Assembly: GCA_045580105.1 (NCBI GenBank)
Contig: JAZNNH010000002.1
Coordinates: forward strand, 1 to 59,154
DNA from: Eubacteriales bacterium
GTDB lineage: Bacteria; Bacillota; Clostridia; Oscillospirales; SIG627
Direction: 5' to 3'
Length of the DNA: 59,154 nt
Both the position numbers and the translations under genes were made by a program. Of the stretch, positions 37,632 to 46,261 are shown piece by piece; position 1 is the stretch's first letter, and every line of letters starts with the position of its first letter. Under the pieces are notes generated by a model, which saw only the letters and a list, made by a program, of their open reading frames with translations, was not told where the DNA came from and did not search any database.

Positions 37632-38198
37632 TTACGCGTTTTTTTGAATCAGAATTGCCATCGGAGGGCAACCGACACGATTGATAAAGTGGGTTTGCAG
37701 AACGCTGTACTTGCTTTGATCGACGCTCTCTAAAAAGGAAAGAATCCGATCGCGCTCTTCGGTCCCGTTTTCCTTTCCGTAGTAGAGGCAAAGTGTCATC
37801 ACCCCGCCCGGCTTGAGAAGTGTGAGCGCTTTTTGAATGGCAACAAGCGACGTGTCTGCCCGAGAGAATTTGTTGTGATCACCGCCGGGTAACCAGCCGA
37901 AATTAAACATAATGCCCCCAACGCTTTCTTTCGTAGTAAAATCATCGATTTTGCTGTGGCAGGAAAGAATCACGCGGGCATTTTTTATATGGTTTTCCGC
38001 AAGAAGCTGCCTTGTGCTTTCCACCGCCGCCTCTTGAATGTCAAGGGCGATGACCTCGCCCTTTTCTCCGACAAGCTTTGCCAGAAAGAGCGTATCGCGG
38101 CCGCGACCTGCGGTTGCATCGATGCAACGATCTCCGGGCTTGATCTGTTCTGCCATAAATTTGTGGGAAAGCCCGAGTGCGTTAAAAGGATAATTCAT
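37632..38198 (-). CDS. mnmM: YtqB/MnmM family class I SAM-dependent methyltransferase (tRNA mnm5s2U34 methyltransferase in B. subtilis)
   Basis: GDRCIDATAGRGRDTLFLAKLVGEKGEVIALDIQEAAV...FNFGWLPGGDH...CPPMAILIQK aligns along its full length with recalled B. subtilis YtqB. Confidence 0.75.
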   Translation of the reverse strand: MNYPFNALGLSHKFMAEQIKPGDRCIDATAGRGRDTLFLAKLVGEKGEVIALDIQEAAVESTRQLLAENHIKNARVILSCHSKIDDFTTKESVGGIMFNFGWLPGGDHNKFSRADTSLVAIQKALTLLKPGGVMTLCLYYGKENGTEERDRILSFLESVDQSKYSVLQTHFINRVGCPPMAILIQKNA

Positions 38199-38333
38199 AT
38201 TCTCACCTTGTTCATTTTTCTTTATTATACAAAATCAAAGCTTATTTTTCAATAAATAAAACGTGTTCTCTTGACGAAAGATAGGGAAAAGAGTATACTG
38301 GTGCAAATCATCTTAGAATAAGGAGGTGTCTTC

Positions 38334-38882
38334 TTGGAAAAGGAAGTCTACTTGGTTTTATCACAGTCCGGATCTTGGCTTTCCAACATCATCAAGATCG
38401 TAACCCGATATGAATACAACCACATTTCGATTTCTCTTGATGCGAATCTGGATCCGATGTATTCCTTTGGAAGAAGACAGCCCTATAATCCCTTTTGGGG
38501 TGGTTTTGTCAAAGAGTATCTTTGGAAAGGAACGTTTTACCGTTTTCCCCATACCAAATGTCAAATTCTAAAGCTTGGAGTAAGCGAAGAGCAGCACGCC
38601 AAGCTTTCCGAGTTTCTCGAAACGATGTATGCCAGTCGCCGGCATTACGGATATAACTTCGTGGGTCTTTGCCTTGCTGCACTCAACATCCGCCGTCCGG
38701 CGAATAAAAAGTACTATTGCTCCGAGTTTTTAAAAGCTCTTTTCATCAAATTTGAAATCCCCGGTGCAAAGGATCTTCCAAAGATTGCACATCCTTGCCA
38801 TTTTCTCGATTTGCAGGGGGTTGCGTGCGTTTACCACGGTCTGCTTCGTGATTACCCCAACAATGCCCATAAAGAAAAATAA
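38334..38882 (+). CDS. Putative permuted NlpC/P60 (YiiX/YaeF, peptidase C92-like) protein
   Basis: EYNHISISL (His) precedes KKYYCSEFL (Cys), the order expected for the circularly permuted papain-like fold. TTG start with SD AAGGAGG. Promoter TTGACG-17-TATACT upstream. Confidence 0.45.
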   Translation: MEKEVYLVLSQSGSWLSNIIKIVTRYEYNHISISLDANLDPMYSFGRRQPYNPFWGGFVKEYLWKGTFYRFPHTKCQILKLGVSEEQHAKLSEFLETMYASRRHYGYNFVGLCLAALNIRRPANKKYYCSEFLKALFIKFEIPGAKDLPKIAHPCHFLDLQGVACVYHGLLRDYPNNAHKEK

Positions 38883-38928
38883 ATCCCAAGGACTGTGTTC
38901 TTGGGATTTTTGTGAAAAGAGGAACGCT

Positions 38929-39705
38929 TTACGCAATACCGAAAAACTCTAAGAGAACTTTTCCCACCAACAGCACGATCACAAGCAAAATGAAGGGACG
39001 AACGATTTTCGAACCGTTTTTCAAGGCAAGCCCTGCCCCCAGATACTGCCCCGTGCAAGAAAAGACGGCGGCAACCAGGCCCAGCGGAATCAGCACTTTT
39101 CCGGCAACAAGAGAGGTGAAGAGGGCACCGACGTTGGAAGAAAGGTTTACGACCTTTACATTTCCCGATGCCGTACGAACGTCCACTTTTGCAAGATAGC
39201 AGAACGATAGGAGAAGAAAGGTACCCGTTCCGGGGCCGTAGAATCCGTCGTACATACCGAAGATCAGAGAAGAAGTCCAAACAATAGCTTTGCGAAGCGT
39301 TTCGTTGAGGGGTTTTCTTTCTTCCGGCAAATCCTTTTTTCTCAACAGGATCACGGCAATGATGGGCAACACAAAAAGCAGGACGAGCTTTAAGTATTTT
39401 TCATCCGTTGCCAAGTGCAGTTTGGTACCGAAATGCGCCCCCGCCAAGGCAAGTCCGATCGATGGGATTGCCAAAAGCCAATCGACGTATCCGTTTTTGA
39501 TGTAGCGCAGGGTCGATGCCACCGTGCCGATGCAAGAAGAAAGCTTGTTCGTGCCGAGGGCTTGGTGCATCGGAAGTCCGGCAAGAAGATAGGTGGGCAG
39601 GGAAATGATCCCGCCCCCTCCGCCGATGGCATCCATAAAGGATGCGCAGAAAACGCCGAAGCAGATCAAAAAAACCATCCAGATGGGATATCCAAAGAAC
39701 TCCAT
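38929..39705 (-). CDS. TauE/SafE (TSUP) family sulfite/anion exporter
   Basis: FMDAIGGGGGIISLPTYLLAGLPMHQALGTNKLSS and about 8 TM segments with internal duplication. Confidence 0.85.
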   Translation of the reverse strand: MEFFGYPIWMVFLICFGVFCASFMDAIGGGGGIISLPTYLLAGLPMHQALGTNKLSSCIGTVASTLRYIKNGYVDWLLAIPSIGLALAGAHFGTKLHLATDEKYLKLVLLFVLPIIAVILLRKKDLPEERKPLNETLRKAIVWTSSLIFGMYDGFYGPGTGTFLLLSFCYLAKVDVRTASGNVKVVNLSSNVGALFTSLVAGKVLIPLGLVAAVFSCTGQYLGAGLALKNGSKIVRPFILLVIVLLVGKVLLEFFGIA

Positions 39706-39808
39706 GTGTTGCTCCTTATTTGAAATTTACCGGCTCAGAAACGTCGCTCGGATTCTCTACAAAGAAAAAGAACCTCAATTACGCGTTTCGCGTGTCGAGG
39801 TTCTCGAC

Positions 39809-39892
39809 TGGTGCGGGTGACAGGACTTGAACCTGCACGTTGGAAACACCAGATCCTAAATCTGGCGCGTCTGCCAATTCCGCCACACCCGC
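39809..39892 (-). tRNA. tRNA-Leu (anticodon UAG), type II with long variable arm, CCA encoded
   Basis: Minus-strand sequence: GCGGGTGTGGCGGAATTGGCAGACGCGCCAGATTTAGGATCTGGTGTTTCCAACGTGCAGGTTCAAGTCCTGTCACCCGCACCA. Anticodon stem CCAGA/TCTGG with loop TTTAGGA. Confidence 0.92.
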
Positions 39893-39940
39893 GTCCGACT
39901 CAGTGTATACCAAAAAGAAAAATTTGTCAAGGAGGAGAAT

Positions 39941-41533
39941 ATGTTCTATCGCGTTTCCGGCCTTCGTCTGTTGCCGGGGGAAGACACTCGTTTGCTATGG
40001 GAAAAAGCCGCCAAAGAGCTGCGAATTGCAACAAAGGATATCACACACTTAAGTTTGTATCGCTCTTCCCTTGATGCCCGCAAAGGGAACGTTGTTTTCC
40101 TCTATACGGTTGACGTTTTTGTTTTCCCGAAATGCCGTGTTCGAAAAGGAGCACGGTGCACCGTCATCGAGTCGGAATATTGCTATCAGATCCCCCAAAA
40201 TCTGTCTTCCGAAAAAAGACCGATCGTGGTGGGATTCGGTCCTGCGGGAATGTTTGCCGCACTGGTTATGGCGCGAGCAGGACTTTGCCCGATCGTCATC
40301 GAGCGGGGAAAGAAGGTTGAAGAGAGAAGTGCGGACGTATCTGCTTTCTTTGCCGGAAATCGACTGAATCCTCAGTCCAACGTTCCATTCGGAGAGGGAG
40401 GGGCGGGCACGTTTTCCGACGGGAAACTGAATACCTTACTGAAAGATAAGAACGAGCGCGGAAGATTCGTTTTGCAGGAATTTGTCAAAGCCGGTGCACC
40501 GGAAGAGATTTTGCATCGAAATAAGCCCCATATCGGAACCGACCGATTGCGCGTTGCCGTCCGCACGATTCGCGAAGAGATTTTGCGCTTGGGCGGAACC
40601 ATTTATTTTGAAAGTCAGTTTTTAAAACCGATCCTTGAAAACGGGCGGGTTGTCGGAGCAAAAATCCGCTTTTCGGATGGAGAACGATCTCTTTTGACCG
40701 ATGCGCTCTTTCTTGCCATCGGACACAGTGCAAGAGATACCTTTTTATCGCTTCGCGAAGCGGGAATCCCGATGGAAAAGAAGATTTTTTCCGTCGGACT
40801 TCGCATTGAACATTTACAGTCCAAAATCAACGAGGCACAGTACGGCGCGATGGCATCTTGCCCCGATTTGCCGGCTGCGGATTATAAACTTGCCGTTCCG
40901 ACCTCGATCGGAAAAACACTCTATACCTTCTGTATGTGCCCCGGTGGCGTGGTCGTTCCCGCCGCCTCGGAAGAGGGGGGTGTGGTTGTGAACGGAATGA
41001 GTAATTTCAGCCGCAACGAGCGCAATGCCAACAGCGCTCTGCTGCTGAACGTTTTGCCCGAGGAATTACCGCAGGATCTTTTTTCCGGCTTTTCTTTTCA
41101 AAGGAAACTGGAAGAAGAAGCGTTTGTGGCAGGCGGCGGTGACTTTTCCGCACCGGCAGAGCTTCTTGCAGATTTCTTTTCCGGAACGCAAAGCGAGGGC
41201 TTTGGCAGCGTCATTCCCAGCTACGCCCGCGGTGTCAAAAAAGCGAAAATGGATCGCATTCTACCGCCGCAATATGTTGCCGCAATGCGGGAAGGAATTC
41301 AAAAAATGGGACAGATTTTATCGGGATTTGATGATCCCGAAGCCGTTTTGACGGGGGTCGAATCCCGCGCGACCTGTCCTGTCAGAATCGTTCGCGGGGA
41401 AGGGCTTCAAAGCCCTGTCTTGGGACTGTATCCCATCGGGGAAGGCGCCGGTTATGCAGGGGGCATTATGTCCTCGGCAATGGACGGTATGAAAGCGGCG
41501 GAGGCCTATTTTCAAACGTTGGAGAGAACATAA
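39941..41533 (+). CDS. FAD-dependent oxidoreductase (COG2509-type uncharacterized FAD protein)
   Basis: Rossmann motif VVGFGPAGMFAALVMARAG...IERG, 530 aa, and C-terminal ...GEGAGYAGGIMSSAMDG. Confidence 0.75.
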   Translation: MFYRVSGLRLLPGEDTRLLWEKAAKELRIATKDITHLSLYRSSLDARKGNVVFLYTVDVFVFPKCRVRKGARCTVIESEYCYQIPQNLSSEKRPIVVGFGPAGMFAALVMARAGLCPIVIERGKKVEERSADVSAFFAGNRLNPQSNVPFGEGGAGTFSDGKLNTLLKDKNERGRFVLQEFVKAGAPEEILHRNKPHIGTDRLRVAVRTIREEILRLGGTIYFESQFLKPILENGRVVGAKIRFSDGERSLLTDALFLAIGHSARDTFLSLREAGIPMEKKIFSVGLRIEHLQSKINEAQYGAMASCPDLPAADYKLAVPTSIGKTLYTFCMCPGGVVVPAASEEGGVVVNGMSNFSRNERNANSALLLNVLPEELPQDLFSGFSFQRKLEEEAFVAGGGDFSAPAELLADFFSGTQSEGFGSVIPSYARGVKKAKMDRILPPQYVAAMREGIQKMGQILSGFDDPEAVLTGVESRATCPVRIVRGEGLQSPVLGLYPIGEGAGYAGGIMSSAMDGMKAAEAYFQTLERT

Positions 41534-42516
41534 TGGAAGAGAAAAAGATTTCACTGATTATCCCTGTCTATCGCCATCCGGATTGGGTGAAGGACGCACT
41601 GCTTTCCGCGCAAAGCCAAACTTGGCAGAATCTTGAGATCCTTTTAATCGACGACGGATCGCCCGATGGGTGCGGCGCGCTTTGCGACGAGTTTGCCGCA
41701 AAGGATTCGCGTATCACCGTGTTCCACACGGAAAACGCAGGGGTGTCTTCCGCAAGAAACCTTGGCTTGAAGCACGCGACGGGGGATTATATTTCTTTCC
41801 TTGACAGCGACGACGTTCTTGAGCCCGATCATTTAGAACAGCTTGCCCGACTGATCGAGGAAACCGGCGCGGATATCGCATCGCTGTCTATGATTATGGA
41901 AGAAAAATTGGGTGCAAATCAAAGAAAAGAAGATGCAAGCGAGGTTTTGCTTTATTCACAGGAACAGGCAGTCCAATCCATGCATCGGGAAGAAGATTTT
42001 AACGGCTACGTGATGAATAAACTTTATTCTGCCACCTGCCTAGACGGCGTTTTCTTTGACACCGATATTTCCATTCACGAGGATATGCTGTTTTTGTGGG
42101 ATGCGATTTTGCGCTCCAAGAGAATCGTCCATCGAAATATCCAAAGCTACCATTATCTGATTCATCCCGAATCGGCGATGAACCGCGGCTTTTCTCCCCG
42201 TTTTGAAACTAGCATTGATGCCGCCGTCAAAATGAATGAGAAAATGAAACTTCATTTTCCGCAAAGCGCCGATCTATCCGCCAAAACGGTTCTTTTTGCC
42301 GTGCTTTCGGTGGCAAATAAACGAGCACCGGCAGGCGCGCTTGACAAAGAAAGCTACAAGCGTTTGCGAGCGATTCAAAAGCAATATCATTCGGCGGGCG
42401 CATTTTCTTTTATCAAAGGCGTTGAGAACCGAATTTCCTACCGTTTGTTTGCTATCAGCAAAACGCTGTTTTTGCTTTGGAAAAAAATTCTTCTGATTTT
42501 GCGAAAGATCGTTTAA
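41533..42516 (+). CDS. Glycosyltransferase family 2
   Basis: ISLIIPVYRHPDWVKDALLSAQSQTWQNLEILLIDDGSPDG and the DxD motif FLDSDD. Confidence 0.85.
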   Translation: MEEKKISLIIPVYRHPDWVKDALLSAQSQTWQNLEILLIDDGSPDGCGALCDEFAAKDSRITVFHTENAGVSSARNLGLKHATGDYISFLDSDDVLEPDHLEQLARLIEETGADIASLSMIMEEKLGANQRKEDASEVLLYSQEQAVQSMHREEDFNGYVMNKLYSATCLDGVFFDTDISIHEDMLFLWDAILRSKRIVHRNIQSYHYLIHPESAMNRGFSPRFETSIDAAVKMNEKMKLHFPQSADLSAKTVLFAVLSVANKRAPAGALDKESYKRLRAIQKQYHSAGAFSFIKGVENRISYRLFAISKTLFLLWKKILLILRKIV

Positions 42517-42532
42517 AATTTTATAAGATGCC

Positions 42533-42561
42533 TTGCAAAGAACGCAAAATTGTGTTAAAAT
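42533..42561 (+). promoter_or_regulatory. Sigma-70-type promoter (extended -10) for the ECF S-component gene
   Basis: TTGCAA (42533-42538), 17-nt spacer ending in TGT, TAAAAT (42556-42561). Confidence 0.5.
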
Positions 42562-42605
42562 TTCTTTGCATATTTTTGGTAATTTAATGAAATAGGAGTT
42601 TTCTC

Positions 42606-43247
42606 ATGTCAAGGTCCAATCAAAAAGATATTCAAAATCGCATTCAAAAACTTGTCATTTTAGCAGTTTTGTGTGCCATCGTTGCGATTATGCAGTATTT
42701 CGGCGGTGCCATTGCCATTCCGGGTACCGGTCTTTCCATCACGCTCACCCTCGTTCCCATCGTTTTGGGCGCCGTTCTTTACGGCCCGCTGTTCGGTTCG
42801 GTTTTGGGTCTTGTTTTCGGCGCGATGGTTTCTCTTTCCGTCATTCAGGGAACCGCAGGGGTTCTCGCTGCCAATATGTTCAGCCAAAGCCCCGTTTTGA
42901 CGATTTTCCTTTGCCTTTTCAAAGGTCTTGCCTGCGGACTGGTTGCGGGCTTGATCGGAAAGGTTTTAATTCAAAAGAATCTTTACCTCGGCGTCATCTT
43001 AGCTGCTGTTTCCTGTCCTGTGGTTAACACCGGCATTTTCTGCATCGGTTTGGTTTCGTTCTATCGGGAGATCGCGCTCGGCTTTGCCGGCGATTCCTCT
43101 CTTCTGGCTTTTGTCATCCTCGGAATTGTAGGCGTGAACTTTTTGATTGAATTTGCCGTCAACCTCATCTGTGTACCGGTCATCGTTCGCGTGATCGGCG
43201 CTCTGAAAAAAAGCGGCATCCTAAAGCTTTATACTGGAAACGTGTAA
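42606..43247 (+). CDS. ECF transporter S (substrate-capture) component, specificity unknown
   Basis: 213 aa, about 6 TM segments, Gly/Ala-rich helices typical of S components. The ecfA1A2T module is present at 7.4-10 kb. Confidence 0.65.
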   Translation: MSRSNQKDIQNRIQKLVILAVLCAIVAIMQYFGGAIAIPGTGLSITLTLVPIVLGAVLYGPLFGSVLGLVFGAMVSLSVIQGTAGVLAANMFSQSPVLTIFLCLFKGLACGLVAGLIGKVLIQKNLYLGVILAAVSCPVVNTGIFCIGLVSFYREIALGFAGDSSLLAFVILGIVGVNFLIEFAVNLICVPVIVRVIGALKKSGILKLYTGNV

Positions 43248-43263
43248 ACTTTGAATTGTAAAC

Positions 43264-43297
43264 AAAAAAACCGCAAGAGATTTTCTTGCGGTTTTTT
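43264..43297. terminator. Bidirectional terminator between the S-component gene and ddh
   Basis: aaaaaaaccgcaaga-gatt-ttcttgcggtttttt. Confidence 0.8.
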
Positions 43298-43307
43298 GTT
43301 TTTTCTT

Positions 43308-44279
43308 TTACAGATAATGCGCGCGAAGCTCTGCGCTCGATAAGGGGGAGAGGAGAGCAGGAGGCAGATCTAAAATCGTCATCGCGCCGGTTGCGCCTTT
43401 TTCGGCAAGCCGTGTGACCGCGCGTGCCACAGCCAAGAGGACGCTTCCCGTAAATTCCGGATTCGAGTCGAGCTGTAAGCGATATTCCATCATTTGCTTG
43501 GTTCCTGAGGAGCTTTCGCCGCTGCGAATCACAAATCCACCGTGGGGCAGGGTGCTGTGCTCACGCTGAAGTTCTTCCATCGAAATGAAATGTACCGTGG
43601 TGTCATACTCGGCAAAGTAGTTCGGCATTTGCTTGATCTCTTGTTCGATTTTAACAAGATCGGCACCGTCTTGCGCTACCACAAAGCATTCTCTGGTGTG
43701 TTTTTGTCGGGTGGAAAGTTCGGGGTTGACCCCGCTTCTGACCTTTGACAGGGCATCTTCAACGGGAACGGTATATTGTCTGGCATCCAAAACGCCTTTG
43801 ATTCTTCGAATGGCATCCGAATGACCTTGGCTGACACCTTTCCCCCAGAAGGTATAATCCTTTCCGTCGGGGATGATAGCGGTGCCGTAGGTGCGCAGAA
43901 CGGAAAACATACCGGGATCCCATCCGCAGGAAATGACGGCAATTTTTCCGGATTGGCGGGCGATTTGATCCACGCTCGCAAAATGCTCGGGAATCTTCGC
44001 GTGGGTGTCGAAGCTATCCACAACGTGAAAGTGCTTGGCGAGCTCAGGCGTCTGATCCATCAAGTCTGTGGCACTGCCGCCGCACAGGATCATCACGTCA
44101 ATTTTGTCGCAAAAGTCAAGGACCTTAGAGCTGTGATAGACCGGAGCGCCGGAAACGGAAGGAACCGACTTCGGATCTCTGCGGGTAAAGATGCCGACCA
44201 AAGCCGCATCTTCATTTTTTAAGATGGCTTGCTCGACTCCTTTTCCCAAGTTTCCGTAGCCGTAAATGCCGATGTTCAT
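43308..44279 (-). CDS. ddh: meso-Diaminopimelate D-dehydrogenase
   Basis: MNIGIYGYGNLGKGVEQAI..., ISCGWDPGMFS and FWGKGVSQGHSDAIRRI align with recalled Corynebacterium Ddh. Confidence 0.88.
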   Translation of the reverse strand: MNIGIYGYGNLGKGVEQAILKNEDAALVGIFTRRDPKSVPSVSGAPVYHSSKVLDFCDKIDVMILCGGSATDLMDQTPELAKHFHVVDSFDTHAKIPEHFASVDQIARQSGKIAVISCGWDPGMFSVLRTYGTAIIPDGKDYTFWGKGVSQGHSDAIRRIKGVLDARQYTVPVEDALSKVRSGVNPELSTRQKHTRECFVVAQDGADLVKIEQEIKQMPNYFAEYDTTVHFISMEELQREHSTLPHGGFVIRSGESSSGTKQMMEYRLQLDSNPEFTGSVLLAVARAVTRLAEKGATGAMTILDLPPALLSPLSSAELRAHYL

Positions 44280-44471
44280 AGTATAACCTCCAAACCTTCT
44301 CTACAAAAGTAATGTATCATTTTGCGCAGCGTTTGTCAACTCTTGAGCCATTGTGTGGGGAGTGCGGAAGGCGATTCGACGCCTTTTGTGCGTTGCTTGT
44401 CCCGATTCTTGACGGAAAGCGAAACTTGTGGTATGCTAAGGGTGCAAATTACGGATAAAAGGAGTCGTTAT

Positions 44472-45311
44472 ATGGGCATTGTTGTAGGAATTGATATCGG
44501 CGGAAGCACAACCAAGATTTGCGGCTTTCGCAGCCAAGGTGATCTGATCGAACCCTTGTCTGTCAAAGCGGACGATCCGATTTCCTCTGTATACGGCGCG
44601 TTCGGAAAATTCACCTCTCAATACAAAATCTCGCTTTCGGACGTGGAACGAGTGATGGTCACCGGCGCCGGAAGCAGTTATATCGAGGAGGATTTATACG
44701 GAATCCCCACCGAGCATGTGCGTGAATTCGACTGTATCGGTCTGGGCGGTCAATATCTTGCCAATCTGAAAGAGGCGGTTGTCGTCAGTATGGGAACCGG
44801 TACGGCACTGGTTCACGTCAAGGGCGATGATATGGAATACTTGGGTGGAACCGGCGTGGGTGGCGGAACACTCTTCGGACTTTCGGAAACCATGCTCGGG
44901 GTCAGAGATATGGATATTTTGGAATCCCTTGCGGAACAAGGGGACATTTCCAAGATCGATTTGCGCATTTCCGACATTTCGCAAAAAAGCTTGAGTCCGA
45001 CGCTTGATTTGGATACCACCGCTTCCAATTTCGGAAAGCTTTCCGATCTTGCAACCAAAGAGGACCTTTCTTTGGGGATCATCAATTTGGTGTTCGAAAC
45101 CATCGGTATGATCAGCGTCTTTGCCGCGAAGCGCTTTGGCATTCGCGACGTTGTTTTGACCGGCAAACTGTCTTCCATGAAAAAGGCGAGAGAGATTTTC
45201 GGTTCACTCGGAAGAATGTTCGATATGAATTTTATCTTTCCTGTGAACGCGCGGTTCGGAACGGTCATCGGTGCCGCTCTTTTACACTTTCATAAAATGA
45301 GAAACGCCTGA
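44472..45311 (+). CDS. coaW: Type II pantothenate kinase
   Basis: MGIVVGIDIGGSTTKI..., SMGTGTALV..., GGTGVGGGTLFGL... and IDLRISDI resemble the Staphylococcus-type CoaA/CoaW. Start at ATG 44472 with SD AAAGGAG; the upstream ORF extension has no SD. Confidence 0.8.
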   Translation: MGIVVGIDIGGSTTKICGFRSQGDLIEPLSVKADDPISSVYGAFGKFTSQYKISLSDVERVMVTGAGSSYIEEDLYGIPTEHVREFDCIGLGGQYLANLKEAVVVSMGTGTALVHVKGDDMEYLGGTGVGGGTLFGLSETMLGVRDMDILESLAEQGDISKIDLRISDISQKSLSPTLDLDTTASNFGKLSDLATKEDLSLGIINLVFETIGMISVFAAKRFGIRDVVLTGKLSSMKKAREIFGSLGRMFDMNFIFPVNARFGTVIGAALLHFHKMRNA

Positions 45312-45342
45312 TCTTTCGCGTTTGCTTTTTTTGAAAAATACT

Positions 45343-45371
45343 TGACATCTTGCGATAAACTGTTGTATACT
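45343..45371 (+). promoter_or_regulatory. Sigma-70-type promoter for rpmH-rnpA
   Basis: TTGACA (45343-45348), 17-nt spacer, TATACT (45366-45371). Confidence 0.55.
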
Positions 45372-45419
45372 ATAATGTAGTTGAGAATGTAGCGCTATGC
45401 TTTAAGGAGGTGCAAAAAA

Positions 45420-45554
45420 GTGATCAGAACATATCAGCCTAAAAAGCGTCAGAGAAAAATGGAGCACGGCTTTCGTAAAAGAATGAAAACTGCCAACGGC
45501 AGAAAGGTGCTGAAAAGACGCAGAGCAAAAATGAGAGCAAGACTCACCTATTAA
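45420..45554 (+). CDS. rpmH: 50S ribosomal protein L34 (44 aa; below the ORF-track cut-off)
   Basis: Manual translation from GTG 45420: [53 protein letters not shown] at 45404-45410. Confidence 0.9.
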   Translation: MIRTYQPKKRQRKMEHGFRKRMKTANGRKVLKRRRAKMRARLTY

Positions 45555-45580
45555 TTTATCTTGCCAAAACAGTTTAGTTT

Positions 45581-45627
45581 AAAAACCACCGATATCCGGA
45601 GTTCTCTGCGAACCGGTGGTTTTTTCT
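45581..45627 (+). terminator. Terminator/attenuator hairpin between rpmH and rnpA
   Basis: aaaaaccaccg ... cggtggttttttc. Confidence 0.6.
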
Positions 45628-45661
45628 ATATCTGTTGCGTTGCAGATTAGGAATGGTGAAT

Positions 45662-46027
45662 ATGGCTAAGATCATTGCGATCAAAGAACATTACCTTTTT
45701 TCCAAGGTTTATGCAAAAGGAAAGAAGGATTCCGAAAAAAACATTGCAGTCTATGCATTGAGAAATTATAAAAGCGGGGATACTTGTCTTGGTATCACCA
45801 CGGGCAAAAAAATCGGCAACGCCGTGACCCGTTCCCGCGCTCGTCGCCTCATTCGTGAGGCCTTTCGCCGCATTGCGAAGGAAAAAAAGTGGAAAAAGCC
45901 CTATTGGATCGTCGTCGTTGCCCGTTCTGCCATTGCAAACAAAGGGCGAAAGATGGACGAGGTTTATCGTGATATGGAAAAGGCGTTTACCGCGCTTTCG
46001 CTTTTTTCCGAAGAAACAGAAAATTGA
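45662..46027 (+). CDS. rnpA: Ribonuclease P protein component
   Basis: Basic protein containing [11 protein letters not shown] (RNR motif). Sits between rpmH and yidD. The start could be 45653 or 45662. Confidence 0.85.
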   Translation: MAKIIAIKEHYLFSKVYAKGKKDSEKNIAVYALRNYKSGDTCLGITTGKKIGNAVTRSRARRLIREAFRRIAKEKKWKKPYWIVVVARSAIANKGRKMDEVYRDMEKAFTALSLFSEETEN

Positions 46028-46257
46028 AATTCGTTTGTATTTTTTTGATACGGCTGTATCGGACGTACCTTTCTCCTCTGATCGGTCCCCGTTGCCGTTT
46101 TACTCCCACGTGTTCCCAATATGCTCTTGAGGCATATCAGAAGCATGGCTTCTTGAAGGGGACCGTGTTGACTGTTTGGCGTATTTTACGCTGTAACCCT
46201 TTCGGGAAATGCGGATATGATCCTGTTCCCGATCGTTTTCCAAAAAGAAAGGAATAA
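46024..46257 (+). CDS. yidD: Membrane protein insertion efficiency factor YidD
   Basis: [30 protein letters not shown]...[20 protein letters not shown] start overlaps the rnpA stop. Confidence 0.9.
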   Translation: MKFVCIFLIRLYRTYLSPLIGPRCRFTPTCSQYALEAYQKHGFLKGTVLTVWRILRCNPFGKCGYDPVPDRFPKRKE

Positions 46258-46261
46258 TCAA

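Noticed and set aside
44280-45419. Possible oriC/DnaA-box cluster upstream of rpmH
   Set aside because: By eye there are no TTATCCACA/TGTGGATAA matches, only weak partials such as TGTGTGGGG. The interval is explained by the ddh and coaW promoters, the coaW CDS and the rpmH promoter. A computed DnaA-box scan would be needed to be certain.
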